A DNA stretch of 57,264 nt from an uncultured Eubacteriales bacterium (GTDB lineage: Bacteria; Acidobacteriota; Aminicenantia; Aminicenantales; UBA8522), in contig CAYUKK010000213.1 in assembly GCA_964445305.1 (NCBI GenBank), positions 1-57,264 on the forward strand, given 5' to 3'. The notes beneath the pieces were generated by a model, which was not told where the DNA came from, did not search any database, and worked only from the letters and a program-made list of their open reading frames with translations. The translations under genes and the position numbers were made by a program. Shown here piece after piece: positions 1 through 10,564 of this stretch. How positions within the stretch are numbered: position 1 is the first letter of the stretch; each line of letters opens with the position of its first letter.

Positions 1-128
1 CTGGGGACAATGTGAACTTGGAGATTCAGTTGATCACGGACGTGGCGATGGAGAAGGGGCTGCGGTTTGCCATTCGGGAAGGAGGGCGGACGGTAGGTGC
101 GGGAACAGTCACCGAAATCCTGGAGTAG
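1..128 (+). CDS. tuf: Elongation factor Tu, C-terminal fragment (5' end lies outside the window)
   Basis: The frame starting at nt 3 translates to [41 protein letters not shown] with a stop at TAG 126-128. This is the canonical EF-Tu domain III C-terminus, and it sits directly upstream of rpsJ as in most bacteria. Confidence 0.93.
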   Translation, partial: GDNVNLEIQLITDVAMEKGLRFAIREGGRTVGAGTVTEILE

Positions 129-171
129 GCCGGGGCAAGGAGGGATAGGAGCGGCAAACTGAGGACAAAAC

Positions 172-492
172 ATGGAAAAAATCAGAATCAGACTTCAGTC
201 GTTTGACCACCGGCTTCTCGACCAGTCGGTAAAGGACATCGTCACGAAAGCCAAGCGGACAGGGGCTCGCATTTCTGGACCCATCCCTCTGCCAACAAGG
301 GTTCACCGGTATTGTGTGCTCCGTTCGCCGCATGTAGATAAGAGATCGCGGGAGCACTTTGAGATGCGCATCCACAAGAGGTTGATCGATATCAGCGAGT
401 ACAACAACGAGACGATTGAAGAGCTCCAGAAGCTGGACTTGCCCGCGGGTATCGATGTGGAAATCCAAGCCTTCGGAACCGGGGGAGAATGA
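172..492 (+). CDS. rpsJ: 30S ribosomal protein S10
   Basis: 106 aa. [19 protein letters not shown]...GPIPLPT is a typical S10 sequence, and this is the first gene of the S10 operon. Confidence 0.97.
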   Translation: MEKIRIRLQSFDHRLLDQSVKDIVTKAKRTGARISGPIPLPTRVHRYCVLRSPHVDKRSREHFEMRIHKRLIDISEYNNETIEELQKLDLPAGIDVEIQAFGTGGE

Positions 493-1157
493 GCATGGTC
501 GAAGGGCTTATCGGTAAGAAAATCGGGATGACGCAGTCCTACGACGCCGAGGGGAATGCCTTCCCCGTGACGGTCATCAAAGCTGGACCATGCACCATCG
601 TCCAGAAGAAAACCAAAGAGAAAGACGGCTACGTCGCTGTCCAGCTGGGTTTGGTCGAGGAGAGAACGCTCAAGAGGCCGAACAAACCCATCGCCGGTCA
701 CTTCAAGAAAGCGGGAATTCCACCGGTGCGGGTATTGCAGGAATTTCGCTGCGGCGGTGAGACAGAAATTAAAGAAGGCGACCAGGTCTTTGTTGACATT
801 TTCCAGGCGGGGGAAAAGGTTCATGTGACAGGAACTTCTAAGGGCAAAGGCTTCCAAGGAGTCGTCAAACGCTGGGGTTTCCGGGGTGGGCGAGCCAGCC
901 ATGGCTCGATGTTCCATCGGGCCCCTGGCTCCATCGGCGCTTCCTCTTTTCCTTCCCGCGTCCTCAAGGGCACTCGTATGGGCGGCCACATGGGGTGTGA
1001 GAGGGTTACGGTCAGGAATTTAACCGTGCTCGAAACAGATAAGGAGAACCATCTTCTTCTCGTCAAGGGTGCTGTGCCGGGACCCCGGGGGGGTTATGTG
1101 TTCATCCGGAAACAGGTCTATAAGACGGGGTTATCCCGCCCATCTGGGGAGAAATGA
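489..1157 (+). CDS. rplC: 50S ribosomal protein L3
   Basis: 222 aa. [11 protein letters not shown]...[14 protein letters not shown] is the L3 signature. There is a 4-nt ATGA overlap with rpsJ. Confidence 0.97.
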   Translation: MSMVEGLIGKKIGMTQSYDAEGNAFPVTVIKAGPCTIVQKKTKEKDGYVAVQLGLVEERTLKRPNKPIAGHFKKAGIPPVRVLQEFRCGGETEIKEGDQVFVDIFQAGEKVHVTGTSKGKGFQGVVKRWGFRGGRASHGSMFHRAPGSIGASSFPSRVLKGTRMGGHMGCERVTVRNLTVLETDKENHLLLVKGAVPGPRGGYVFIRKQVYKTGLSRPSGEK

Positions 1158-1783
1158 GCATGGCCAAGACTCAAGTTCTCACGCTCAGCGGTCAGGTCGC
1201 CGGCGAAGTTGAGCTTCCCGCCGGGGTTTTTGATTATCCGGTTAAGGGTCATCTCCTCTACGAATCGGTGCTTCAGTACCGGGCCAACCAGAGACGGGGA
1301 ACAGCTTCGACGAAAACCCGCGGCGAGGTGAGCGGGTCCAATCGCAAACCCTGGAGGCAAAAAGGCACGGGTCGGGCCAGGGCAGGGAGTATTCGGAGCC
1401 CGCTCTGGCGAAAGGGAGGTACGGTTTTCGGCCCCAAGCCGCGTGACTATGGGTTCGAAATTCCGAAGCAGGCCAAGAAGAATGCCCTGAGGGCGGCCTT
1501 ATCTTTACGCCAGCGAGAAAACCGTCTCCTCATCCTTGATGAGCTCAACGTCCGGGAACCTAAGACCAAGGAGGCAGCTAAATTCCTGAAGGCCTTTCAG
1601 CTGGATTCAGCCCTCATCGTTGATAGGAACGATAACAAGAATCTTTTTCGAGCTCTGCGGAATGTCCCCGCTGCCAAGGCCATCGACGTAAACCAACTCT
1701 CGGCTTATGATGTCCTCAGATATAAGTGGCTTGTCCTGAGCCAGCGGGCCCTCGTGTCATTGACAGAAAGGATCCAGACATGA
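1154..1783 (+). CDS. rplD: 50S ribosomal protein L4
   Basis: 209 aa. [25 protein letters not shown] is the L4 motif. It overlaps the rplC stop. Confidence 0.97.
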   Translation: MSMAKTQVLTLSGQVAGEVELPAGVFDYPVKGHLLYESVLQYRANQRRGTASTKTRGEVSGSNRKPWRQKGTGRARAGSIRSPLWRKGGTVFGPKPRDYGFEIPKQAKKNALRAALSLRQRENRLLILDELNVREPKTKEAAKFLKAFQLDSALIVDRNDNKNLFRALRNVPAAKAIDVNQLSAYDVLRYKWLVLSQRALVSLTERIQT

Positions 1784-2073
1784 AAGAACCCCACCACATC
1801 ATCTTAAGGCCGATCATCACGGAGAAGAGCACGTTCCTCAAGGATAAGAACCGAGAAGTTTGTTTCGAGGTGGCCAAAGGCGCCAATAAAGCGGAAATAA
1901 AAAAAGCGGTCGAGCAACTCTTCAAGGTCAAAGTGGAAAGTGTCCGGACCCAGAACAAAGGGGGTAAATGGCGGCGCGTCGGTCGCAGCCAGGGGAAGAC
2001 AAAAAGCTGGAAAAAGGCGTATGTCAAGCTCAAAGAAGGCGAAAAAATGATTCCATACTTCGAGGCTGTTTAA
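1780..2073 (+). CDS. rplW: 50S ribosomal protein L23
   Basis: The tracked ORF starts at 1726, but [17 protein letters not shown] at the ATG at 1780 matches the usual L23 N-terminus. That ATG forms an ATGA overlap with the rplD stop. Confidence 0.93.
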   Translation: MKEPHHIILRPIITEKSTFLKDKNREVCFEVAKGANKAEIKKAVEQLFKVKVESVRTQNKGGKWRRVGRSQGKTKSWKKAYVKLKEGEKMIPYFEAV

Positions 2074-2074
2074 C

Positions 2075-2902
2075 ATGGGTATCAAAAAATACCAACCAAG
2101 GACACCGGGGTTGCGTCACCGGACTGGGTTGATTTACGGGGAATTGACGACAGAGGCCCCCTATAAGCCCCTCCTTGAGTACCTCCCTGCCTCTGGAGGT
2201 AGGGACTGCCGTGGTCACATTGCCACCCGCCATCGAGGCGGTGGCCACAAGCGGATGTACCGGATTATCGATTTCAAAAGGGATAAGCTGGATATCCCCG
2301 GAGTCATCGAGACGATCGAATACGACCCTAATCGGTCGGCTTTTATCTCGCTCGTCAAGTATCAGGACGGCGAGCGCCGGTACATCCTGACTCCATTGGA
2401 CGTCAAAGTTGGCCAGACCATCATTTCTTCCAATTCTCAAGTGGATATCGTCCCTGGCAACGCCATGCCGCTTCGCTACATCCCGCTCGGTACTGTCATC
2501 CATAATATTGAGCTTAAAAAAAACAAGGGGGGACAGATAGCCAAGGCAGCGGGTAGCGGTGCCCAAATCTTGGCGAAGGAAGGCGACTATGCCCAAGTCC
2601 GACTTCCTTCCTCAGAGATCCGTAAGATCCATCTCGACTGCCGGGCAACCATTGGTCAGGTGAGCAATCTCGATCACCAAAATATTTCCATCGGCAAGGC
2701 TGGCCGCAGCCGATGGTTAGGGCGAAGGCCACATGTCCGCGGCACGGCGATGAACCCCATCGACCATCCCCACGGTGGCGGCGAGGGAAGGTCGAAGGGA
2801 GGAAGGCATCCTGTCAGCCCGGAAGGCATCCCAACCAAAGGATATAAAACAAGGAGAAACAAGCGAACCCAGGCCTTTATTGTCCGGAGAAGGAGTAAAT
2901 AA
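2075..2902 (+). CDS. rplB: 50S ribosomal protein L2
   Basis: 275 aa. It contains the GRNxxG-type region and the motif [14 protein letters not shown]. Confidence 0.98.
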   Translation: MGIKKYQPRTPGLRHRTGLIYGELTTEAPYKPLLEYLPASGGRDCRGHIATRHRGGGHKRMYRIIDFKRDKLDIPGVIETIEYDPNRSAFISLVKYQDGERRYILTPLDVKVGQTIISSNSQVDIVPGNAMPLRYIPLGTVIHNIELKKNKGGQIAKAAGSGAQILAKEGDYAQVRLPSSEIRKIHLDCRATIGQVSNLDHQNISIGKAGRSRWLGRRPHVRGTAMNPIDHPHGGGEGRSKGGRHPVSPEGIPTKGYKTRRNKRTQAFIVRRRSK

Positions 2903-2904
2903 GC

Positions 2905-3192
2905 ATGAGCAGGTCGCTAAAGAAAGGTCCTTTCGTCGACGCTCATCTCAAGGAGAAAGTTCTGGCCGTCCGTTCGCTCAAAGAGAGACGCGTCATCAAG
3001 ACGTGGTCGCGACGTTCGACGATCATTCCGGAAATGGTCGGGTTGACGATTGCGGTCCACAACGGAAGGAAGTTCATTCCCGTGTTCATCACGGAAAACA
3101 TGGTCGGCCACAAACTCGGCGAGTTTTCTCCAACCCGAACATTCAAGGGACATACTTCAAAGGCGGCCAAAGCCATCAAGATAGGCAAATGA
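2905..3192 (+). CDS. rpsS: 30S ribosomal protein S19
   Basis: 95 aa. [12 protein letters not shown]...[23 protein letters not shown] is a typical S19 sequence. Confidence 0.98.
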   Translation: MSRSLKKGPFVDAHLKEKVLAVRSLKERRVIKTWSRRSTIIPEMVGLTIAVHNGRKFIPVFITENMVGHKLGEFSPTRTFKGHTSKAAKAIKIGK

Positions 3193-3193
3193 G

Positions 3194-3556
3194 ATGAAAG
3201 AGAGTCCTTTTGTGTCTCGAGCTATCGCCAGGTACGTCCGGATTTCTCCGCAGAAAGCCCGGCTCGTCGCTGACCTCATCCGCGACCGCTACGTGGGTGA
3301 GGCGCTGACGATCCTCCGTTTTTCGGAGAAGAAAAAAGCCAGCCACATCATTGAGAAGGTTCTGCGCTCGGCCATCGCCAACGCCCAGCAGAAGTCGCCC
3401 CAGGTGGATGTCGATGACCTTTACATAGCGCGGATTTTCGTCAATCAGGGTCCCCAGATGAAGAGAATCCGGCCCGCCCCCATGGGACGGGCTTACCGGA
3501 TCCTCAAGAGGACCAGCCATGTTGGCATCTATTTAGAGGAGAAGAAAGGGAGATAG
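3194..3556 (+). CDS. rplV: 50S ribosomal protein L22
   Basis: 120 aa. [19 protein letters not shown] is the L22 motif, and the gene order is conserved. Confidence 0.96.
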   Translation: MKESPFVSRAIARYVRISPQKARLVADLIRDRYVGEALTILRFSEKKKASHIIEKVLRSAIANAQQKSPQVDVDDLYIARIFVNQGPQMKRIRPAPMGRAYRILKRTSHVGIYLEEKKGR

Positions 3557-3560
3557 GACC

Positions 3561-4229
3561 GTGGGACAGAAGACGCATCCGCTTGGCTTTCGGTTGGGTT
3601 TCAACAAGACCTGGTCTTCACGCTGGTTCTCTAAGAGCTCGGATTACAGCCGGATGATCCATGAAGACTTGAGGATGAAGAGAGAAATCAAGAACAAGTA
3701 CTCCCATGCTGGCATCGCCGAAGTCGTCATCGAGCGGGTGGGCCCGAAAGTCCGGGTGATCATCCACACGGCCCGACCCGGCATCATCATCGGGCGTGGC
3801 GGGAAGGAGATCGAGAGCCTCAAGAATTTTCTCGAGAGCATTGCCCAGAAAGAGGTCTACGTCGACATCCGCGAAATCGACAAGCCGGAGCTTAACGCCG
3901 TTCTCGTGGCCGAGAGCATTGCCATCCAGCTGGAGAAAAGAATTGCCTATCGGCGAGCCATGAGGAAGGCAGTCGAATCGGCCCTCCGGATGGGGGCGAA
4001 AGGAATCAAAGTCATGTGCTCGGGTCGGTTGGGGGGTGTCGAGATCGCTCGCTCTGAATGGTACCTCAAGGGGAGGCTGCCGCTGCAGACGCTGCGGGCC
4101 GACATAGACTACGCCTTTACTCAAGCCTTCACGACCTACGGTCAAATCGGTATCAAGGTCTGGATCTATCGCGGCGACGTGGATAAACCAAAAATGACAT
4201 CCCAGACGACCGAGGTCGAGGAGATTTAA
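3561..4229 (+). CDS. rpsC: 30S ribosomal protein S3
   Basis: 222 aa with a GTG start. [13 protein letters not shown]... is followed by a KH domain containing [10 protein letters not shown]. Confidence 0.97.
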   Translation: MGQKTHPLGFRLGFNKTWSSRWFSKSSDYSRMIHEDLRMKREIKNKYSHAGIAEVVIERVGPKVRVIIHTARPGIIIGRGGKEIESLKNFLESIAQKEVYVDIREIDKPELNAVLVAESIAIQLEKRIAYRRAMRKAVESALRMGAKGIKVMCSGRLGGVEIARSEWYLKGRLPLQTLRADIDYAFTQAFTTYGQIGIKVWIYRGDVDKPKMTSQTTEVEEI

Positions 4230-4231
4230 CC

Positions 4232-4654
4232 ATGCTGATGCCGAAAAAAGTCAAGTACAGGAAGAGCCAGCGCGGCAGGATGAAGGGCCAGGCCTCGCGC
4301 GGGGTGACGCTTTCTTTCGGAGAATACGGCCTTCAGGCCATGGAACCTTGCTGGCTGACCGCTCGGCAATTGGAGGCGGGTCGCATCACCATTACCCGAT
4401 TTATGAAAAGGCGCGGTAAGCTCTGGGTCAGGGCATTCCCCTGGAAACCTGTCACCAAGAAGCCAACCGAGGTGCGCATGGGGAAGGGAAAGGGAGACCC
4501 GGAGTTCTGGGTCGATGTCATCCGACCGGGGCGGGTCATCTACGAGCTCGAAGGGGTGCCAGAAAAAGTGGCCAGGGAAGCGATAAGATTGGCGGCGCAT
4601 AAGCTCCCCATCAAGACAAGGTTCATTTCCCGAGAAAGTCGAGAACTCCGATGA
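4232..4654 (+). CDS. rplP: 50S ribosomal protein L16
   Basis: 140 aa. [18 protein letters not shown] is a typical L16 N-terminus. Confidence 0.97.
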   Translation: MLMPKKVKYRKSQRGRMKGQASRGVTLSFGEYGLQAMEPCWLTARQLEAGRITITRFMKRRGKLWVRAFPWKPVTKKPTEVRMGKGKGDPEFWVDVIRPGRVIYELEGVPEKVAREAIRLAAHKLPIKTRFISRESRELR

Positions 4655-4848
4655 AGGCTCGAGAACTCAGAGAATTATCCGAAGAAGAACTCAGGAGCAA
4701 GGAAAGAGAACTTGTCGACCAGCTCTTCAAACTCCGTTTTCAACATGAGCTGGGACAGCTGGAAAATGCCTCCAAGCTGAGGAATGTGCGCCGGGATATT
4801 GCCCGAATCAAGACGGTGCTTCAAGAGAAGAGACGGAGGAAGGAATAG
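4651..4848 (+). CDS. rpmC: 50S ribosomal protein L29
   Basis: 65 aa. [31 protein letters not shown] matches L29. There is an ATGA overlap with rplP. Confidence 0.96.
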   Translation: MKARELRELSEEELRSKERELVDQLFKLRFQHELGQLENASKLRNVRRDIARIKTVLQEKRRRKE

Positions 4849-4850
4849 AC

Positions 4851-5150
4851 ATGGATGCCAGACCGCAAGAAAGAAAGACGACGAAGGTCGGCGTTGTCAT
4901 CGCCAAAAAAATGAAGAAGACCGTGACCGTCCTCGTCGAGCGCCAGCTTCGCCATCCCCTTTACAAGAAAATCATTCGACGACGAAAGAAGTTCTTGGCT
5001 CACGATGAGTATGAAAAATGCAAGCTGGGGGATGTCGTCCGCATTGTCGAGACAAGGCCGATCAGTCGACGGAAGAGATGGCGGGTGGCGGAAATCCTCG
5101 GCCTTTCCTCCGTGGATGTGGAGCCAGAAACGGGAGAGATAAAAGAATGA
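4851..5150 (+). CDS. rpsQ: 30S ribosomal protein S17
   Basis: 99 aa. [29 protein letters not shown] is an S17 OB-fold sequence. Confidence 0.96.
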   Translation: MDARPQERKTTKVGVVIAKKMKKTVTVLVERQLRHPLYKKIIRRRKKFLAHDEYEKCKLGDVVRIVETRPISRRKRWRVAEILGLSSVDVEPETGEIKE

Positions 5151-5515
5151 TCCAGATGCGAACGATGCTCAAGGTGGCCGACAATTCCGGCGCCCGGATG
5201 ATCATGTGCATCACCCCGTTAGGAGGGGGAGTGGGTCGATTGGCCACCCTGGGGGATATTGTCTCTGCCACCGTGAAGGAGGCAGACCCGGAGAGCAAGA
5301 TTCCCAAGGGGAAGGTCGTCCGGGCAGTCGTCGTTCGGACACGCAAGGAAGTTCGGCGCAAGGATGGCTCATTTATCCGGTTTGATGATAACGCAGCGGT
5401 CATCATCGACCGGACGGGCGAGCCCGTGGGGACGCGTGTCTTTGGACCTGTCGGCCGGGAACTGCGGGAAAAGAAATTCATGAAAATTGTTTCCTTGGCG
5501 CCGGAGGTTCTGTGA
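5147..5515 (+). CDS. rplN: 50S ribosomal protein L14
   Basis: The tracked ORF starts at 5018, but the canonical L14 N-terminus [17 protein letters not shown] begins at the ATG at 5147. That ATG forms an ATGA overlap with the rpsQ stop. Confidence 0.95.
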   Translation: MIQMRTMLKVADNSGARMIMCITPLGGGVGRLATLGDIVSATVKEADPESKIPKGKVVRAVVVRTRKEVRRKDGSFIRFDDNAAVIIDRTGEPVGTRVFGPVGRELREKKFMKIVSLAPEVL

Positions 5516-5847
5516 TGATGAAACCGGAGCTCAAAAAAGGTGATATCGTCATCGTCAAGAAGGGGAAGGACAAGGGTAAGACCGGTAAAGTCTTGAAAGT
5601 GATCCCCGAAAAGAAAAGGGTCATTGTCGAGAAAGTCAATTTCGTCAAGGAGTTTATTCGGCCCGACCGAAGTCGGAATATCCAGGGTGGGATCATGGAG
5701 AAAGAGGCCCCCCTGTCCATCGCCAACGTCATGATTTATTGTTCCGAATGTGAGCAGGGAGTGCGGGTCAGGAAGAAGACCTTAGAGGATGGAACGCGGA
5801 TTCGAGTTTGCCATAAATGCGAACTGAGCCTGGAGAAGCAGAGGTGA
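5515..5847 (+). CDS. rplX: 50S ribosomal protein L24
   Basis: [23 protein letters not shown] is the KOW motif. The start is ambiguous among GTG 5512, ATG 5515 and ATG 5518. Confidence 0.94.
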   Translation: MMKPELKKGDIVIVKKGKDKGKTGKVLKVIPEKKRVIVEKVNFVKEFIRPDRSRNIQGGIMEKEAPLSIANVMIYCSECEQGVRVRKKTLEDGTRIRVCHKCELSLEKQR

Positions 5848-5854
5848 AGCAAGG

Positions 5855-6397
5855 ATGAGCCGGCTATACGAAAAATACCGAAACGAGATCATCGCCGAGC
5901 TCCAGAGAGAACTGGGGATTTCGAACCGGATGGCTGTGCCGCGTCTGGAAAAGATCGTCGTCAACATGGGAGCGGGCGACGCCATTCAGAACATCAAACT
6001 CCTGGATATGGCCAGGACGGAGCTGAGCCTCATTACCGGGCAATGGCCTGTCATCAGCCGCGCCCGGAAATCGATCTCGGCCTTTAAGCTCCGCAAAGGT
6101 CAGGCGATTGCCTGCTTTGTCACGCTGCGCGGCCGAAGGATGTACGAATTTTTTGATCGGTTAGTCAATATCGTTCTCCCCCGAGTTCGGGATTTCAAAG
6201 GGGTATCGCCTCGGTCGTTTGATGGCCGTGGCAATTATACCCTGGGTCTTCGCGACCAGCTCGTTTTTCCGGAGATCGATTATACAAAGGTCGAGCGGTC
6301 GCGTGGCATGAACATCACGATCGTGACTTCGGCTAAGAATGACCGGGAAGCCTTAGCCCTGTTAAAGAAATTGGGCATGCCTTTTCGGGAGGCTTGA
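5855..6397 (+). CDS. rplE: 50S ribosomal protein L5
   Basis: 180 aa. [16 protein letters not shown]...[17 protein letters not shown] matches L5. Confidence 0.97.
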   Translation: MSRLYEKYRNEIIAELQRELGISNRMAVPRLEKIVVNMGAGDAIQNIKLLDMARTELSLITGQWPVISRARKSISAFKLRKGQAIACFVTLRGRRMYEFFDRLVNIVLPRVRDFKGVSPRSFDGRGNYTLGLRDQLVFPEIDYTKVERSRGMNITIVTSAKNDREALALLKKLGMPFREA

Positions 6398-6420
6398 TTA
6401 AGGAATAAAGGAAGGATAAC

Positions 6421-6606
6421 GTGTCGAGAATATCTTCGATGGCCAAGTACTTGCGTGAGCCTAAGTACGCTGTCCGGAAAAAAAGGCGGTGCCGGATTTG
6501 CGGCCGTCCCAAGGGCTACTATCGGAAGTTTGACATGTGCCGACTCTGTCTCCGCGAGTTAGCCCTCAAGGGGGAGATTCCTGGGCTCATCAAGTCGTCC
6601 TGGTGA
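6421..6606 (+). CDS. rpsN: 30S ribosomal protein S14, type Z (zinc-binding form)
   Basis: 61 aa with a GTG start. It carries [20 protein letters not shown] (CxxC-x12-CxxC) and ends in KSSW, as S14 type Z proteins do. Confidence 0.95.
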   Translation: MSRISSMAKYLREPKYAVRKKRRCRICGRPKGYYRKFDMCRLCLRELALKGEIPGLIKSSW

Positions 6607-6628
6607 GGTGGCTGAAAGGAAAAGAGCC

Positions 6629-7027
6629 ATGAGTCAGATGGACCCGATTGCCGATATGCTCACCTGTCTCCGCAACGCCGTAAGCGTGAAAAAGAGGGAT
6701 GTGACGGTGCCCTCGTCCCGGCTCAAAGTGGAGATCGCTAAGATTCTCAAGGAGGAGGGATACATCCGGAATTTCAAAGTGATCGATGATAACAAGCAGG
6801 GTCTTTTGAATATCGTCCTCAAGTATACCGAGGATGGCCAAAGCGTCATTTCTGGATTGCGTCGAGTCAGCCGGCCCGGTTGCCGTCTCTTCTGCACACG
6901 AGATTCCATCCCCAAGGTGCTGGACGGGCTCGGCATTGCGATCATTTCCACCTCCAAGGGCATCATGACAGGAAAGAAATGCGAGGCCGAGGGAATCGGG
7001 GGAGAGATTTTATGTTACATCTGGTAA
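6629..7027 (+). CDS. rpsH: 30S ribosomal protein S8
   Basis: MSQMDPIADMLTCLRNA is the S8 N-terminus. I chose the internal ATG at 6629 rather than the tracked alternative start at 6608. Confidence 0.94.
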   Translation: MSQMDPIADMLTCLRNAVSVKKRDVTVPSSRLKVEIAKILKEEGYIRNFKVIDDNKQGLLNIVLKYTEDGQSVISGLRRVSRPGCRLFCTRDSIPKVLDGLGIAIISTSKGIMTGKKCEAEGIGGEILCYIW

Positions 7028-7051
7028 ACAAAGGATAAGCGGAGCAGGAAG

Positions 7052-7597
7052 ATGTCGAGAGTAGGGAGAAAAGCGATTGGCGTTCCCGACAATGTCAAAG
7101 TGACCATCCATGCAGACAAATTGGAGTTTGAATCGCCGCGAGGAAGGCTTGAATCCCCTCTCTTTCACGGGATCAAGGCTCGGTTGGACGACCGCCGACT
7201 TTACTTCGAGCGCGCTGACGACAGTCCAGAGCAGCGGGCTTATCATGGATTGGCCCGAAGCTTGGCTCAGAATGCGATCATCGGCCTCACGACGGGGTTT
7301 ACCAAGCAGTTGGAGATTGTTGGCGTTGGGTATCGGGCCAAAGTGGACAAGGATACACTGGAGCTAAGCCTCGGATATTCTAAGCCCGTTCTTTACAAGA
7401 TCCCGGCAGGAATTGAGGTTTCGGTCGAGAAGGCGACCCTCATCACTGTCCACGGGATCGACAAGCAAAAAGTCGGTCAAGTGGCGGAAGAAATCAAAAG
7501 CTTCCGTCGGCCTGATCCTTACAAGCTCAAGGGTATTCGTTACGTAGGGGAGCGGCTGATCAAGAAAGAGCGGAAAGCGGGGGTGAGCGGTGCATAA
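7052..7597 (+). CDS. rplF: 50S ribosomal protein L6
   Basis: 181 aa. MSRVGRKAIGVPDNVKV... is a typical L6 N-terminus. Confidence 0.96.
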   Translation: MSRVGRKAIGVPDNVKVTIHADKLEFESPRGRLESPLFHGIKARLDDRRLYFERADDSPEQRAYHGLARSLAQNAIIGLTTGFTKQLEIVGVGYRAKVDKDTLELSLGYSKPVLYKIPAGIEVSVEKATLITVHGIDKQKVGQVAEEIKSFRRPDPYKLKGIRYVGERLIKKERKAGVSGA

Positions 7598-7964
7598 GGA
7601 CAAATCGGAACTCAAGAAGAAAATCAAAGTGAGAATCCGTCGACGCATCCGCGCCAAAGTGCGGGGAACTGCGGACAGGCCGAGGGTTTTCGTCTTCAAG
7701 AGCAACCGTTATGTTTATGCCCAGGCCTTGGATGATGATGCCGGTAGGGTGCTGGCCGCTGCCTGCACTCTCGAGAAGAGTTTTAGGCAGAAGAATAGCA
7801 ATACCAAGAACAGGGAGGCATGCCAGGCTCTCGGGAAAATTCTGGCTGAGCGGCTCAAAGAGAAAAAAATCGACAAGGTCGTTTTTGATCGAGGGGTCTA
7901 CCCCTATCATGGCCGGGTTAAAACGTTCGCCGAAACATTGAGAAAGGAGGGGCTGACCTTTTAG
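7590..7964 (+). CDS. rplR: 50S ribosomal protein L18
   Basis: 124 aa with a GTG start. RIRAKVRGTADRPRVFVFKSNRYVYAQ is the L18 motif. It overlaps the rplF end by 8 nt. Confidence 0.95.
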   Translation: MHKDKSELKKKIKVRIRRRIRAKVRGTADRPRVFVFKSNRYVYAQALDDDAGRVLAAACTLEKSFRQKNSNTKNREACQALGKILAERLKEKKIDKVVFDRGVYPYHGRVKTFAETLRKEGLTF

Positions 7965-7997
7965 CCCAGGGCGCATGAGGAGGTAAGGAGGAGCGAA

Positions 7998-8522
7998 GTG
8001 GAAGAGCAAATACCGAAAGAAGCTCAGAGCGAAGAAATCCAGGAGCAGGAATTCAAGGACCAGGTAATTTCCATTCGGCGAGTGACGAAAGTGGTTAAAG
8101 GTGGAAAGAACCTGAGCTTTTCTGCGCTGGCGGCGGTGGGGAATGAAAAGGGCTTGGTCGGCGTGGGAAAAGGCAAAGCCAGGGAGGTTCCCCAGGCCAT
8201 CGCCAAGGCTGTCGAGAACGCAAAGAAACGCCTCATCCAGGTCCCTCTGGCTGGGACGACAATCCCCCATCTTGTCCGGGGTGAGGATGGCGCGGGGATA
8301 GTTGTTCTCAGACCCGCCGCTCCTGGCACAGGCGTCATTGCTGGCGGCGCTGTCCGCGTAATCGTTGAGCTGGCCGGTATCAAGGATATCCTGACGAAAT
8401 CTATCCGGAGCAACAATCCCTTTAGCGTGGCCAACGCGACGTTAAAGGCTTTAAAAAAGCTGCGCAGCCCGACGGAAATTTCACAGAAGCGGGGCAAGAC
8501 AGAGGAATCGATATGGCAGTGA
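7998..8522 (+). CDS. rpsE: 30S ribosomal protein S5
   Basis: 174 aa with a GTG start. The core is ISIRRVTKVVKGGKNLSFSALAAVGN. The N-terminus has an acidic extension. Confidence 0.95.
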   Translation: MEEQIPKEAQSEEIQEQEFKDQVISIRRVTKVVKGGKNLSFSALAAVGNEKGLVGVGKGKAREVPQAIAKAVENAKKRLIQVPLAGTTIPHLVRGEDGAGIVVLRPAAPGTGVIAGGAVRVIVELAGIKDILTKSIRSNNPFSVANATLKALKKLRSPTEISQKRGKTEESIWQ

Positions 8523-8746
8523 AAAGGGGCAAAGAAGGTCGCCGAGAGCCAGAACGCGAGATAGAGATTACGCTGGTTCGGAGTCTCATCGGATGTTCTC
8601 CGGCTCAGCGTGAGGCAGCCAAGGGGTTGGGGCTGAGGAAGCTCCATTCCTGTGTCATCCGACCAGACAAGCCGGAGATTCGAGGCCTCATCCGGAAGAT
8701 TCCCCACTTGATCAAGGTGGAGGTGAGGGAGAAAAAATGGACTTGA
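8513..8746 (+). CDS. rpmD: 50S ribosomal protein L30 with an N-terminal extension
   Basis: 77 aa. The L30 core IEITLVRSLIGCSPAQREAAKGLGLRK is preceded by about 17 charged residues. No alternative start codon lies closer to the core. Confidence 0.9.
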   Translation: MAVKRGKEGRREPEREIEITLVRSLIGCSPAQREAAKGLGLRKLHSCVIRPDKPEIRGLIRKIPHLIKVEVREKKWT

Positions 8747-9180
8747 GCAAATTGCAGCCAGCGCCTGGTGCACGGGAAAAGGGCCGCCGCAAGGGAAGAG
8801 GCCCGGGTTCGGGAAGGGGAAAGACAGCCGGCCGGGGCCATAAAGGCCAGAAATCGATCGCCGGTTATTCACGGAAGAGAGGCTTCGAGGGAGGGCAGAT
8901 GCCCATCCATCGTCGACTTCCGAAGCGAGGCTTTACCAACATCTTTCGGACGGAATTCACCGAAATCAACCTCGACCAACTAAATAAGATTCCATCTCTC
9001 GAAATCGGACCGCAGCATTACCTTGAGGCGAGGTTGATTAAGAAGGTAACCGAACGGGTGAAAATTCTCGGCCGGGGCGAGCTCAGTTCAGCAAAGAAAG
9101 TAACCGCCCATAAGTTTTCTCAATCGGCTCGAGAGAAGATCGAGAAGGTAGGCGGTCAAGCCATCGTCATGGGGAGTTAA
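8737..9180 (+). CDS. rplO: 50S ribosomal protein L15
   Basis: 147 aa. MDLSKLQPAPGAREKGRRKGRGPGSGRGKTAGRGHKGQ is a typical L15 N-terminus. Confidence 0.96.
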   Translation: MDLSKLQPAPGAREKGRRKGRGPGSGRGKTAGRGHKGQKSIAGYSRKRGFEGGQMPIHRRLPKRGFTNIFRTEFTEINLDQLNKIPSLEIGPQHYLEARLIKKVTERVKILGRGELSSAKKVTAHKFSQSAREKIEKVGGQAIVMGS

Positions 9181-9181
9181 A

Positions 9182-10564
9182 ATGCTCCAGAGTATCCGAA
9201 ACATTTTCAGCATTCCCGAGCTCAGGAAGAGGGTCATCTTTACACTCCTCTTGCTGGCGGTTTATCGGATCGGCGCCCAAATCCCGAATCCAGGGATAAG
9301 CGCCGAGGCTCTGGCGGAATTCTGGCAAGCTCAGAAAGGCACCATTTTTGGGTTCATTGACCTCTTCTCGGGCCGGAACATGTCGCGGATGACCATTTTT
9401 GCCCTGGGGATAATGCCTTACATCTCCGCATCCATTATCTTGCAATTGCTCACCGTTGTCTGGCCCTATCTGGAGAGGTTGTCCAAAGAGGGGGAGCTCG
9501 GCCGCAAAAAAATCACCCAATATACACGCTACGGCACCCTCTTTATCTGCTTGATCCAGTCGGCCGGGATCAGCGTTTTCCTGGAGAGCCTGCGCAGTCC
9601 CGGCGGCGCCCGAATCGTGCCTAGCCCTGGCTGGGGGTTTAAATTCCTGACCGTGCTGACCCTGACCACGGGCACGGTCTTTATCATGTGGCTGGGAGAA
9701 CAGATTTCTGAGCGGGGGATTGGCAATGGCATTTCGTTGATTATATTTGCCGGAATCGTCGTTGATTTCCCGCGGGGCATCAATAGCGTCGTCTCGGGCC
9801 TGAGGACGGGTAACATGGACCCCCTGCGTTTGATTTTCCTTCTCCTCCTGATGATATCCGTGCTGGCCATCATCGTTTTCGTCGAGAGAGGCCAACGTCG
9901 CATTCCTGTTTCCTACGCCAAAAGGGTCATCGGTCGCCGAGTCTACGGGGGCCAGAGCACGCATTTGCCGCTTCGGGTCAACACGGGCGGCGTCATCCCG
10001 ATCATCTTTGCTGCTTCCATCATCACTATCCCCCAGACTATTGCCACGATGTCCCATGTTCCCTTCCTCCAGTCCATCGCCCAACAATTTAACATCGGGA
10101 TGCCCCTTTACAATATCTTCTACATTGCCGCCATCATCTTTTTTACCTATTTCTACGTCTCCATCGTGTTTAACCCTGTCGATGTCGCCGATAACCTGAG
10201 AAAATACGGCGGCTTCATCCCGGGTATCCGACCGGGCAAGAACACTTCGGATTTTATCGACACGACGCTTTCCCGGATCACCCTGATTGGCGCTATTTAT
10301 CTGGCGGCGATTGCCATTCTTCCCGAATTCTTGATCACGGGCATCAAAGTGCAAACGCTTCCCTTTATCGGCGATTTTCTGGAAGCCAACCTGCCCCGTT
10401 GGTTTACCCAGGGTTTGAATGTCGATTTCTATTTTGGCGGGACTTCCATTCTCATCGTTGTCGGTGTGGCCATGGACACCCTCCAACAGATCGAAGCCCA
10501 GTTGGTGATGCGGCATTATGATGGGTTCATGCGGCGAAGCCGCATCCGAGGGAGAAGAGGATGA
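9182..10564 (+). CDS. secY: Preprotein translocase subunit SecY
   Basis: 460 aa and polytopic. It begins IPELRKRVIFTLLLLAVYRIG and contains LGIMPYISASII, and it sits at the conserved spc-operon position. Confidence 0.97.
   Translation: MLQSIRNIFSIPELRKRVIFTLLLLAVYRIGAQIPNPGISAEALAEFWQAQKGTIFGFIDLFSGRNMSRMTIFALGIMPYISASIILQLLTVVWPYLERLSKEGELGRKKITQYTRYGTLFICLIQSAGISVFLESLRSPGGARIVPSPGWGFKFLTVLTLTTGTVFIMWLGEQISERGIGNGISLIIFAGIVVDFPRGINSVVSGLRTGNMDPLRLIFLLLLMISVLAIIVFVERGQRRIPVSYAKRVIGRRVYGGQSTHLPLRVNTGGVIPIIFAASIITIPQTIATMSHVPFLQSIAQQFNIGMPLYNIFYIAAIIFFTYFYVSIVFNPVDVADNLRKYGGFIPGIRPGKNTSDFIDTTLSRITLIGAIYLAAIAILPEFLITGIKVQTLPFIGDFLEANLPRWFTQGLNVDFYFGGTSILIVVGVAMDTLQQIEAQLVMRHYDGFMRRSRIRGRRG

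Noticed and set aside
8024-8872. 282-aa minus-strand ORF, along with other 100-300-aa antisense or alternate-frame ORFs inside the ribosomal cluster (for example 303-989, 2030-2596, 2775-3197, 7560-8270)
   Set aside because: All lie inside or antisense to canonical ribosomal protein genes, and none shows a protein-like sequence.
9167-10516. 449-aa ORF on the minus strand
   Set aside because: It is entirely antisense to the unambiguous secY gene. The translation is D/G/R/Q/P-rich with no recognisable motif. Long stop-free antisense frames are expected in GC-rich coding DNA.
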